Positions 1-8,313 of a stretch of DNA of 64,000 nt are shown piece by piece (the first letter of the stretch is position 1; each line of letters starts with the position of its first letter). Origin of the DNA: Acidobacteriota bacterium (GTDB lineage: Bacteria > Acidobacteriota > Terriglobia > Terriglobales > SCQP01). A program made the translations under genes and the position numbers. The DNA lies in contig DAHUYO010000007.1 in assembly GCA_027315185.1 (NCBI GenBank), positions 1,725-65,724 of the forward strand, in the 5' to 3' direction. Below the pieces are notes generated by a model. That model did not search any database. It was given only the letters and a program-made list of their open reading frames with translations, and was not told the DNA's origin.

Positions 1-2
1 CG

Positions 3-254
3 GTGGAGCTGGGCAAGGAGGGCATCAACGCCAACACGCTCTCCGCCGGACCGGTGGATACCGACGCGCTGCGGCTGTTTTCCACCTATGGCCAAATGAA
101 AGAAGCCTGCGAGACGCTCTCCCCGGCCGGGCGCATCGGCACGGTGGAGGACGTGGCGGAGGTAGCGGTGTTTCTCTGCTCGGACGCCGCCAATTGGATC
201 TACGGGCAGACGATTATCGCCGATGGGGGCCTGTCCCTCATGAGCTTGCGCTAG
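3..254 (+). CDS. Enoyl-ACP reductase-like SDR (FabL/FabI family), 5'-truncated by window edge
   Basis: SDR C-terminus 'NTLSAGPVDTDAL...GRIG..EDVA..FL.S...W.YGQTIIADGG'; the 'VDTDAL' motif resembles FabL; lies in the FAS-like cluster. Confidence 0.7.
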   Translation: MELGKEGINANTLSAGPVDTDALRLFSTYGQMKEACETLSPAGRIGTVEDVAEVAVFLCSDAANWIYGQTIIADGGLSLMSLR

Positions 255-304
255 GCGGGCCGCGACGCCGCCAGCGACATTGAGAAACGGAAGGAAATAC
301 GCAA

Positions 305-787
305 ATGCCGCCAGTCAATAGCGCCGAGGAAGTTCTACAAATCCGGGAGACCGCCGACCGCGTGTTGGCCAGCCGCCATGATGAGATTCTGGCCACGGTG
401 CAAGCCGCGATCGCCGAGGTGCTCGGATGCGAGGTGGAAGAGGTGAAACCCAACTCCAGCCTGATGACCGATCTGCACGCGGAATCACTGGACTTTTTGG
501 ATCTGCTGTTCCGGTTGGAGTCGGCGTTTGGCATCAAGATTCCGCGCGGCGGGATCCAGAAGGCCACGCAGGGCTCGCTGAAGGAAAGCGAGTTCCAGCA
601 AAACGGCGTGCTGACCGAAGCGGCGCTGGAGCGGCTGCGGCTGCTGATGCCGGAGGTGGATCCGCAGCGACTGCATCCGGGGCTGACGTCGCGGGAAATC
701 CCGACGTTGTTTACCGCCGAAACGTTTACCCGCCTGGTGGCCTGGCGCCTGGGAGACGGCGAGGCGGCGAAGGCGCAAGTAGGGTAG
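305..787 (+). CDS. Acyl carrier protein with long internal insertion (160 aa)
   Basis: 'LMTDLHAESLDFLDLLFRLESAFGIKIP' with Ser at the phosphopantetheine site; about 45 extra residues before the last helix 'LFTAETFTRLV'; SD-like GGAAGGA upstream. Confidence 0.85.
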   Translation: MPPVNSAEEVLQIRETADRVLASRHDEILATVQAAIAEVLGCEVEEVKPNSSLMTDLHAESLDFLDLLFRLESAFGIKIPRGGIQKATQGSLKESEFQQNGVLTEAALERLRLLMPEVDPQRLHPGLTSREIPTLFTAETFTRLVAWRLGDGEAAKAQVG

Positions 788-791
788 CGCG

Positions 792-1325
792 GTGCGTTTC
801 CTGCTGATTGACCGGATCCTGGAATTGGAGCCGGGACGGTACGCGGTGGGCGTGAAGACGCCCAGCCTGGGCGAGGACTATTTCGCCGATCACTTTCCGG
901 GCTTCCCGGTGGTGCCCGGGGTGCTGCTGGTGGAGGCGATGGCGCAACTGGCCGGGCGGCTGATCGCGTACTCGGTGCGGGCGGAAAGCGGCGAGGTGGT
1001 GCTGCCGGTGCTGCTGGGCATCAGCCAGGCGCGGTTCCGGCGCTTTGTCCGCGCCGGGGACCGGGTGGTGATCCGCGCGGAACTGCTGGGGCTGACCGAC
1101 GGCGGCGGGCGCTGCAAGGCGGAGGCGCGGGTGGAGGAGCAGTTGGTGGCGGGAGCGGAAGTGATGCTGGGGTTCGACACCGGCCGGGGCGCCGGGGTGA
1201 TCCCGATGGCGGCACGCCAGAAGCTGGAATCGTGGGCCGATGACGTGAACCGGAATTTGCTCGGCGAGGAGCTGCACGCGCGGCTGACGGCGCCGCGGGC
1301 GCCGGCGCCGGAGGCGCAGGCGTGA
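792..1325 (+). CDS. 3-hydroxyacyl-ACP dehydratase FabZ/FabA-like
   Basis: 'RFLLIDRI' and 'YFADHFPGFPVVPGVLLVEAMAQ' with catalytic His and Glu. Confidence 0.9.
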   Translation: MRFLLIDRILELEPGRYAVGVKTPSLGEDYFADHFPGFPVVPGVLLVEAMAQLAGRLIAYSVRAESGEVVLPVLLGISQARFRRFVRAGDRVVIRAELLGLTDGGGRCKAEARVEEQLVAGAEVMLGFDTGRGAGVIPMAARQKLESWADDVNRNLLGEELHARLTAPRAPAPEAQA

Positions 1326-2662
1326 CGGCGGGGGGCAATGGAGCGGGCCGAAACGGTGCGGGACGCCGCCGCCGGGTGGTCATCACCGGGCTGGGCGCGG
1401 TCACGCCGGTGGGCCAAACGGTAGAGGAGACGTGGCGGTCGCTGCAAGCGGGGCGCTGCGGCATTGAACGCATCTCGGTCTTCGACGCCAGCACCTTCGA
1501 GACGCAGATCGGCGGCGAGGTGCGGGGATTTCGCTTCGACCGGCTGGGCGCGCCGGCGGCGCTGGCGGAGGTGCTGGACCGCAAGAACAGCTTTGGCTTC
1601 GCGGCGGCGCAGCAGGCGATGGTGGATGCCGGGCTGGCGCGGGCGGACGCGGCGCCGGGTCCTCCGTCGGAGGAGCTGGTGGAGCCGACACGGTTCGGCA
1701 TCAGCCTGGGCACGGAAGGGCGGCGGGACCGGCTATTGCCGGAGCTGCGCAGCCGCAAGCTGGCGCCGGCGGGCTTGGAGGCGCGGCGCCAGGCGCTGGC
1801 GGAAGTGCCCGGGGATGAATACCTGCGCTACTCGCCGTATGGGCTGGCGTACCTGCTGAGCGGGACGTGGGGCGCGCGGGGGCCGATCACGACCATTTCC
1901 ACCGCCTGCACGTCGAGTTCGCAGGCGCTCGGTTACGCGCTGGAGAAAATCCGCTACGGCGATGCGGACGTCATGTTGGCGGGCGGGGCGGAATGCCTGA
2001 TGGAGCCGACGATGGTGGCGAGTTTTATTTTGCTGGGCGCGCTGTCGAAGCGGAACGATTCGCCGCAAACGGCGTCCCGGCCGTTTGACGCCACGCGCGA
2101 CGGATTCGTGCTGGCGGAGGGAGCCGCGATGCTGGTGCTGGAGGATGCCTGGCACGCCTACCGGCGCGGGGCCCGCATTTACGGCGAGGTGGCGGGCTTC
2201 GGCTGCTCGATCAACGCCTACCGGATCACGGATTCGCCGCCGGACGGGGAAGGGCCGTTTTTGGCCATGCGGGCGGCATTGGAAGACGCCGGGATTCGCG
2301 CCGAGGACGTGGATTACGTCAACGCCCACGGCACTTCGACGGTGCAGAACGACGCCAGCGAGACGATGGCGATCAAGCGCTGCCTGGGCGGGTACGCCCA
2401 GCGGGTGCCGGTGAGCTCGACGAAATCCATGACCGGGCACATGGTGAATGCAGCCGGGGCGATCGAGGCGGTCATTTCGACGCTGGCGATTCGGGACGGT
2501 TACATTCCGCCAACGATCAATTACGAACATCCCGATCCGGCCTGCGATTTGGACTGCGTGCCCAACACCGGGCGGCGGCAGCCGGTGCGGACGGTGGTCT
2601 CGAACTCCTTCGGTTTTGGCGGGTCGAACGGCTCGCTGGTGATCCGGGCCTATGTCGCTTGA
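1322..2662 (+). CDS. Beta-ketoacyl-ACP synthase (FabF-like), catalytically intact (KS1)
   Basis: Cys in 'TISTACTSS', His in 'NAHGTST', His in 'KSMTGHM', terminal 'NSFGFGGSN'; GTGA overlap with fabZ. Confidence 0.92.
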   Translation: MTAGGNGAGRNGAGRRRRVVITGLGAVTPVGQTVEETWRSLQAGRCGIERISVFDASTFETQIGGEVRGFRFDRLGAPAALAEVLDRKNSFGFAAAQQAMVDAGLARADAAPGPPSEELVEPTRFGISLGTEGRRDRLLPELRSRKLAPAGLEARRQALAEVPGDEYLRYSPYGLAYLLSGTWGARGPITTISTACTSSSQALGYALEKIRYGDADVMLAGGAECLMEPTMVASFILLGALSKRNDSPQTASRPFDATRDGFVLAEGAAMLVLEDAWHAYRRGARIYGEVAGFGCSINAYRITDSPPDGEGPFLAMRAALEDAGIRAEDVDYVNAHGTSTVQNDASETMAIKRCLGGYAQRVPVSSTKSMTGHMVNAAGAIEAVISTLAIRDGYIPPTINYEHPDPACDLDCVPNTGRRQPVRTVVSNSFGFGGSNGSLVIRAYVA

Positions 2663-3986
2663 GATGGAGGCGGGAGTGAACGGGCGGGGTGGCGGACGGC
2701 GGGTGGTGCTCACGGGAGTGGGGCTGGTGTCGCCGCTAGGCAACGATGCCGAAACGTTGTGGCGCGAGCTGGCGGCGGGGCGGTCGGGGCTGGAGCGGGC
2801 GGAGGAGTTCGCCACCGGAGGGTTCCGCACGCAGGCCTGCGGCCGGGTCCGGGAGTTCAACCCGCGGAAACTGATCGCCGACGCCAAGACGCTGAAACTG
2901 ATGACCCGGCCGGTGCGGCTGGGGGTGGCGGCCTTGGAGCTGGCGGTGGCGGACGCGCGGCTGGATTTGAGCAACGTGGATCCGTTTCGCGTCGCCTCCT
3001 ACGTGGGTTCGCCGGGGCACGCGGGCGACCGCGACGAGCTGCTGCCGGCGCTGGAGCGGGCCAGCCGCGGAGGGGACAGCGGGTTGGATTTGCAGGCGTT
3101 TGGCGCCGAAGGCATCGCCACGATCAACCCACTGTGGCTGCTGAAGAGCCTGGCCAACATCGTGCTGTATTTCGTCAGCATGAAGGTGGGGGCGCAGGGA
3201 CCGAACGGCAACATCTGCATGAGCGGCGCCGGCGGCGTGATGGCCATCGGGGAGGCGTTCCGCTGCTTGCGGCGGGGGGCGGCGGACATCGCGGTGGCGG
3301 GGGGATACGAATCGCTGCTGGAAGAGGAGCGGCTGGAGAGCTTCGAGCCGTCCGGGCTGCTGTACCTGGGCAATGGAGTGGCGGCGCAGGCCAGCCGGCC
3401 GTTTGATCGCGACCGCGCGGGGTTCGTGCCGGCGGAGGGCGCGGCGTTCGTGGTGCTGGAGGAACGCGAGGCGGCGCTACGGCGCGGCGCGCGCATCTAC
3501 GGCGAGGTCACCGGCTACGGGCTGGGCAGCCCCGGCTGCGTGGGACGGCCGAGCGAAACCGCGGAGGCCTTCCTCGGCGCGATGCAGGCGGCGGTGGCGG
3601 ACGCGCGCCGCGATCCGTGGGAACTGGACGCGATTTCGGCCTACGGGCTGGGGACGGTGCAGAGCGACCGGGCGGAGGCCGAGGCGCTGAAGGCGTTGCT
3701 GACGGCGCGGGCGGCGTATGTGCCGGTGACGGCGGTGAAATCCGCGACGGGCAATTTTTCCGCGGGCTCCGGACCGCTGGAAGTGATCGCCGGCTGCGGC
3801 GTGTTGCAGGGGGCGATGCCGGGATTACCGGCGATCTTGAACTGCGAGCATCCCGATCCGGATCTGGGGCTGGATTACGTGCGCGACCGGCCGCGGGCGG
3901 GCAGCTATCGCCGCCTGTTGGTCAATTCCGCCAGCCTGTCCGGGGCCGCCGCCAGCGTGGTGCTGGAAAGCGGCGATCCGGCCTAG
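2652..3986 (+). CDS. Catalytically inactive ketosynthase homolog (chain-length-factor-like), full length
   Basis: KS motifs (RPFDRDRAGFVPAEGA) are present, but Cys>Gly ('GPNGNICMSGAGG'), His>Tyr ('SAYGLGT') and His>Asn ('KSATGNF'); start may be 2664. Confidence 0.85.
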   Translation: MSLEMEAGVNGRGGGRRVVLTGVGLVSPLGNDAETLWRELAAGRSGLERAEEFATGGFRTQACGRVREFNPRKLIADAKTLKLMTRPVRLGVAALELAVADARLDLSNVDPFRVASYVGSPGHAGDRDELLPALERASRGGDSGLDLQAFGAEGIATINPLWLLKSLANIVLYFVSMKVGAQGPNGNICMSGAGGVMAIGEAFRCLRRGAADIAVAGGYESLLEEERLESFEPSGLLYLGNGVAAQASRPFDRDRAGFVPAEGAAFVVLEEREAALRRGARIYGEVTGYGLGSPGCVGRPSETAEAFLGAMQAAVADARRDPWELDAISAYGLGTVQSDRAEAEALKALLTARAAYVPVTAVKSATGNFSAGSGPLEVIAGCGVLQGAMPGLPAILNCEHPDPDLGLDYVRDRPRAGSYRRLLVNSASLSGAAASVVLESGDPA

Positions 3987-4049
3987 CGCCGCCGCGGGCG
4001 GCGCCGCGGGGGCGGGAGCCAATTGGGAATGGGAGCAAATGGGCAAGGC

Positions 4050-4796
4050 ATGAACCGCTTACAAGGCAAATTCGCATTGGTCACCGGGGGCAGCCGGGGC
4101 ATCGGGCGGGCCGTGGCCTTGCGCTTGGCGCAGGAAGGCGCGCGGGTGGCGGTCAACTATCGGGCCAACGCCGGGGCCGCGGAGGAGGTCGTGGCAGCCA
4201 TCACCGCCGGCGGCGGCCAGGGACAAGCCTTTGCCGGCGATGTCAGCCAGCCGGAAGCGGCGAAAGCCCTGGTGGAAGGGGTGGCGCGGGAGTTCGGGCG
4301 GTTGGACATATTGGTGAACAACGCCGGCATGGTGCGCGACGGTCTGCTGCTGACGATGGATGACGCGCAGTGGCGGGAGGTGCTGGCGACCAATTTGGAC
4401 GGGGTGTTCTATTGCTGCCGGACGGCGGCGCGGATCATGTTGCGGCAGCGCTATGGGCGCATCGTCAACATGTCCTCGGTCGCGGGGGACACGCCCAACC
4501 GCGGGCAGGTGAATTATGCCGCCTCCAAGGGGGGCATCAATGCGCTGACGAAGGCCTTGGCGCAGGAGCTGGCCAGCAAGAACATCACGGTGAACGCGGT
4601 GGCGCCGGGAATGATCGAGACCGAAATGAGCCAGGAGGTGCGGGAACTGGCGGGGGCGGAAATTCTGAAGCATATCGCCCTGAAGCGCTACGGAAAACCG
4701 GAGGAGATCGCCGCGGCGGTGGCGTTTTTGGCTTCGCCGGACGCGGACTACATCACCGGCCAAGTATTGCGCGTGGACGGGGGCCTAGCCGGGTGA
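4050..4796 (+). CDS. fabG: 3-oxoacyl-ACP reductase
   Basis: TGGSRGIG Rossmann motif, NNAG, 'GQVNYAASKGG' YxxxK; start placed at ATG 4050. Confidence 0.9.
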   Translation: MNRLQGKFALVTGGSRGIGRAVALRLAQEGARVAVNYRANAGAAEEVVAAITAGGGQGQAFAGDVSQPEAAKALVEGVAREFGRLDILVNNAGMVRDGLLLTMDDAQWREVLATNLDGVFYCCRTAARIMLRQRYGRIVNMSSVAGDTPNRGQVNYAASKGGINALTKALAQELASKNITVNAVAPGMIETEMSQEVRELAGAEILKHIALKRYGKPEEIAAAVAFLASPDADYITGQVLRVDGGLAG

Positions 4797-5584
4797 AGGT
4801 GGTGGCGGAGCGGGAACGCGAAGCGGTGGTGACGGGCAGCGGCGTGCTCCTGCCGTGGGGCGTGGGGCCGGCGGCGCTGGCGGCGACGGGTGCGGCGGGC
4901 CGCATCAGCAGCTTCAATCCGCGCGAGTACATTCACAATGCCAAGGCGCTGCGGGCCATGCATCGCGGCTTCCAGTTGACGGCGGCGGCGGCGGCGATGG
5001 CCCTGAGCGCCGCGGGATTGGGCGGCGACGCGGAGGGACTGGCGGCAGCCGGGCTAGACCCGGAACGCGCCGGGGTGGTGATCGCGGCGGCGGACATCCA
5101 GCCGGTGACGCCGGATTTGCTGGCGGTGCTGGCGGCGCAGGAGGACAGCAGCGAACCGGCGGGATGGGGGGAGGCGGCGCTGCACGGGTTGCACCCTTTT
5201 CGGCGGCTGCACCTCCTATCGAACATGGCGGCGGCGCATGTGTCCATTTTGTTCAATTTCCAAGGCCCGAGCTTAACGCTGACCAGCGGGGCGGAGGCCG
5301 GGGCGCAGGCGCTGGAGGAAGCGGCAGGGCTGCTGGCCGAGGGGCGCGCGGACCTGGTGCTCTGCGCGGCCAGCGACTGCCCGGAACAAACCCTGACGCC
5401 GGGGGAGGGGGAAGCGGCGGTGGCGTTGGTGCTGGAGGCGCGCGGCGTGGCGCAGCGGCGCGGCGTGCGCGGCGCGCAAGACTGGCGGGGCGGAGACCAG
5501 GGCGCGCCGTGGGCGCAAGGGTGGCCGCAGTGCGCCGCGTTATTGACGGCGTCGCGCGCCGCCGCACGGGTGGAGGCGGGGTAA
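4793..5584 (+). CDS. Truncated inactive ketosynthase N-terminal-domain protein (short CLF-like, 263 aa)
   Basis: GTGA overlap with fabG stop; KS N-domain motifs 'VVTGSG', 'LSNMAAAHVSI..NFQGPSLTLTSGAEAGAQAL' (Cys>Ala), 'GEAAVALVLE'; no C-terminal His motifs. Confidence 0.75.
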   Translation: MKVVAEREREAVVTGSGVLLPWGVGPAALAATGAAGRISSFNPREYIHNAKALRAMHRGFQLTAAAAAMALSAAGLGGDAEGLAAAGLDPERAGVVIAAADIQPVTPDLLAVLAAQEDSSEPAGWGEAALHGLHPFRRLHLLSNMAAAHVSILFNFQGPSLTLTSGAEAGAQALEEAAGLLAEGRADLVLCAASDCPEQTLTPGEGEAAVALVLEARGVAQRRGVRGAQDWRGGDQGAPWAQGWPQCAALLTASRAAARVEAG

Positions 5585-5586
5585 GG

Positions 5587-6834
5587 ATGGCGGGCAAGCG
5601 GGAGGTCTGGATCAGCGGCGTGGGGGTGGTGAGCGCGCTGGGCGTGGGCGTGGCTGCGCACCGCGCGGCGCTGGCGGCAGGCCGGGGAGGCATCAACTGG
5701 ATCCGGCATTTTCCCAGCAGCGGTTTTCCGGTGCGCATCGCCGGCGAAGCGCCGGCCGCGGGGCTGCCACCGGGTCCGGGGCGGCTGCACTATTTCGCCG
5801 CGGTGGCGCTGGCGGAGGCGCTGGACCAGGCGGCGCTGCCACGGCCCGAAGGGGGCGACGACGCGGCGCGAGCGGTGGTCTGGGCGGTGGGCAAGCCGGC
5901 GCTGCCGGTGGACGAAGTGCGCGGCTGGGCGGCGGCGGGAAAGGGATGGGATTGGGGCGAACTGCGGCGGCGGTACATCACCAGCCTGGAGGACAAACAA
6001 CTCACCCCAGCCGATCTGCTGAAGCGATTGGCGCGCGCCGGCGGGGCCGGGGGGCGGCGGGTGGCGTGCTACACCGCCTGCGCGTCGGGCAACGACGCGC
6101 TGGGCATGGGCAAGCGGATGATCGAGCGCGGCGAGGCCGAGGTGGTGCTGGCCGGCGGAGCGGACTCCCAGGTGGACCCATTGAGTTTGCTGGAATTTGA
6201 ACTATTGGCGGCGCTGGCCCATCCCGCGCCGGGCGAGGATCCGGCGACGGTGTGCCGGCCGTTCGACCAGCGGCGCAGCGGTTTCGTGGTGGGCGAGGGC
6301 GCCGGAGCGCTGGTGTTGGAATCGGAGGATCACTTGCGCCGCCGCGGTGGGGCGCCGCTGGCGCGGCTGGCGGGGTATGGCAGTTCGCTGGACGCCTTTG
6401 GCCTCACCAAATGCCATCCGGAGGGCCGGGGCGCGGCGGCGGCGATGCGCGCGGCGCTGGCCGACGCGGGCGAACCTCCCGCGGCTGTGGATTATATCAA
6501 CGCGCACGGCACGGGAACGGTGCTGAACGACCGCGCCGAGGCGGCGGCGATCCATCGGGTGTTTGGCGCCGCGGCGCGGGAGGTGGCGATCAGCAGCACC
6601 AAGGCGATGACCGGGCATTTGATCGCTGCGGCTTCGGCGGTGGAGGCGGTGTTGTCGGTGCTGGGGTTGGAGGACGGCTTCATTCCGCCCTCGCTCAACT
6701 ATCGCGACCCGGATCCGGAATGCGACCTGAACGTGGTCACCGGCGCCGGGCGGCGGGGGGCGGTGCGGATGGTGCTATCGAATGGGTTTGGATTTGGCGG
6801 ACAGAACGCCTGCGTGGTGCTGGCCAGGGCATGA
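5587..6834 (+). CDS. Second intact beta-ketoacyl-ACP synthase (KS2)
   Basis: 'YTACASG', 'INAHGTGT', 'KAMTGHLIAA', 'NGFGFGGQN'; start ATG 5587 after TAAGG. Confidence 0.9.
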   Translation: MAGKREVWISGVGVVSALGVGVAAHRAALAAGRGGINWIRHFPSSGFPVRIAGEAPAAGLPPGPGRLHYFAAVALAEALDQAALPRPEGGDDAARAVVWAVGKPALPVDEVRGWAAAGKGWDWGELRRRYITSLEDKQLTPADLLKRLARAGGAGGRRVACYTACASGNDALGMGKRMIERGEAEVVLAGGADSQVDPLSLLEFELLAALAHPAPGEDPATVCRPFDQRRSGFVVGEGAGALVLESEDHLRRRGGAPLARLAGYGSSLDAFGLTKCHPEGRGAAAAMRAALADAGEPPAAVDYINAHGTGTVLNDRAEAAAIHRVFGAAAREVAISSTKAMTGHLIAAASAVEAVLSVLGLEDGFIPPSLNYRDPDPECDLNVVTGAGRRGAVRMVLSNGFGFGGQNACVVLARA

Positions 6835-6922
6835 ACGCGAGAAACCATGGGACCGCGGGCCGGACGCGCGGCGCGGGCGGGAGCGCGGCCGGGGCGAGGT
6901 ATGCCATTGTGGAGGAAGGGCC

Positions 6923-8260
6923 ATGCTAGAGGGCATTTTTGATTTTCTCGACCGCCGCTTCCTGCGCACGCCGGAAAACCGGCTGTGGATGGCACAGCGG
7001 CTGCCGCCGGGGTTGATTACGCGCTTGCAGGCGGGCAAGTTCGCCGACACGGTGCGCTATGTGGCGAAGCATTCGCGGTTTTACCGGGAAAAGTTCCGCG
7101 AGCACGGTATTGACCCGGCCCAGGTGCGCACCCATGCGGATCTGGGCGACTTCTTCACGACGCCGGAGGACTTGCGGGAACGGCCGGTGGAGGATTTTCT
7201 CTGCGCCAAGCCGGAGTTCGGTTTCGAAACCACCGGAACCTCGATGGGGATCAACAAGCGCGTGTATTTCTCCTACCAGGAGATGTTCGATTACGGCCGC
7301 GACGGGGCGGTGGGGTTGTACAACCTGGGGCTGCGCCCGGAGGACGTGGTGGCGGACGGGTTTGACTACTCGTTTTGGAACGCGCCGTTCACCGCCTATT
7401 ACTCGATCATGGCCATCGGCGCGTTTCACGTCATCGGCGCCTTCGTCGAACCGCAGGAGTTTTACGACCGCATCAAGGTGTACAAGCCGAACGTGATCAT
7501 GGGCGTGCCGACGCACCTGGTGCGCGTGACCGAGGTGGCGGAACGCTGCGGTACCTGGCCGGTGAAGCTGGTGTTCCTGGGCGGCGAGAACCTGAGCGAG
7601 CGCACGCGACAGTACATGGAGGGTGTCTGGCGCGGGGCGAAAGTGCATCTGAGCTACGGCCAGACCGAAGCCTTCGGCATGAACGGGGTGGAATGCCCGG
7701 AAAAGGGCGGCTATCACCTCGGCGCCTTGGCGCTGACCAGCGAGATCTTGAACCCGGATGAGGAAGGCTATGGGGAGCTGGCGTACACGACGCTGAACCG
7801 CACGGTCATGCCGCTGATTCGCTACCGGTCGGCCGACATCACGCGCTGGGCCAGTGACGGGGAATGCCACTGCGGGCTGCGGATCATGCCGCGGATCGGC
7901 AAGATCATCGGCCGCAGCGACGAGCTGATCAACTGCTCGATGGGCAACATCAGCCCGTACTGGTTCGAGGAGATGCTGCGCGGAGTTCCGGAGGTGACCG
8001 ATGACTGGCAGGTATTCGTGCGGCGGGGCGACCGCGACGACCGCATCGAGTTCCATTTGGAGCTTGTCAACGGTGCGTCTCCGGAGGAAGTGAAAAATCT
8101 CATTTTCCGCAATATCGAAAGCCGGTTTCCGGATTGCTGGCGGTATTATCAGAAGCGATTTTTCGAATTCGATTTCCAGTTTCACGCGCCGCGGACGATT
8201 AGCGAAGGCCGCAAACTGAAGCGGTTGATTGACGCGCGGCGGGATGCGTGGAATCAATAA
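6923..8260 (+). CDS. Phenylacetate-CoA ligase (PaaK)/F390 synthetase-like adenylate-forming enzyme
   Basis: 'FETTGTSMGINKRV' P-loop, 'SYGQTEA', 'MPLIRYRSADI', 'IGRSDE'; SD GGAGG upstream of ATG 6923. Confidence 0.8.
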   Translation: MLEGIFDFLDRRFLRTPENRLWMAQRLPPGLITRLQAGKFADTVRYVAKHSRFYREKFREHGIDPAQVRTHADLGDFFTTPEDLRERPVEDFLCAKPEFGFETTGTSMGINKRVYFSYQEMFDYGRDGAVGLYNLGLRPEDVVADGFDYSFWNAPFTAYYSIMAIGAFHVIGAFVEPQEFYDRIKVYKPNVIMGVPTHLVRVTEVAERCGTWPVKLVFLGGENLSERTRQYMEGVWRGAKVHLSYGQTEAFGMNGVECPEKGGYHLGALALTSEILNPDEEGYGELAYTTLNRTVMPLIRYRSADITRWASDGECHCGLRIMPRIGKIIGRSDELINCSMGNISPYWFEEMLRGVPEVTDDWQVFVRRGDRDDRIEFHLELVNGASPEEVKNLIFRNIESRFPDCWRYYQKRFFEFDFQFHAPRTISEGRKLKRLIDARRDAWNQ

Positions 8261-8313
8261 GTGGAGCCGCCGTCGGCCGGGGCTCACCAATTGCCAGGAA
8301 AGGCGGAGAGATC

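Noticed and set aside
6831-6929. 32-codon ORF overlapping the KS2 stop (ATGA) and the PaaK start
   Set aside because: Low-complexity sequence with no precursor-peptide features; the overlap may be chance
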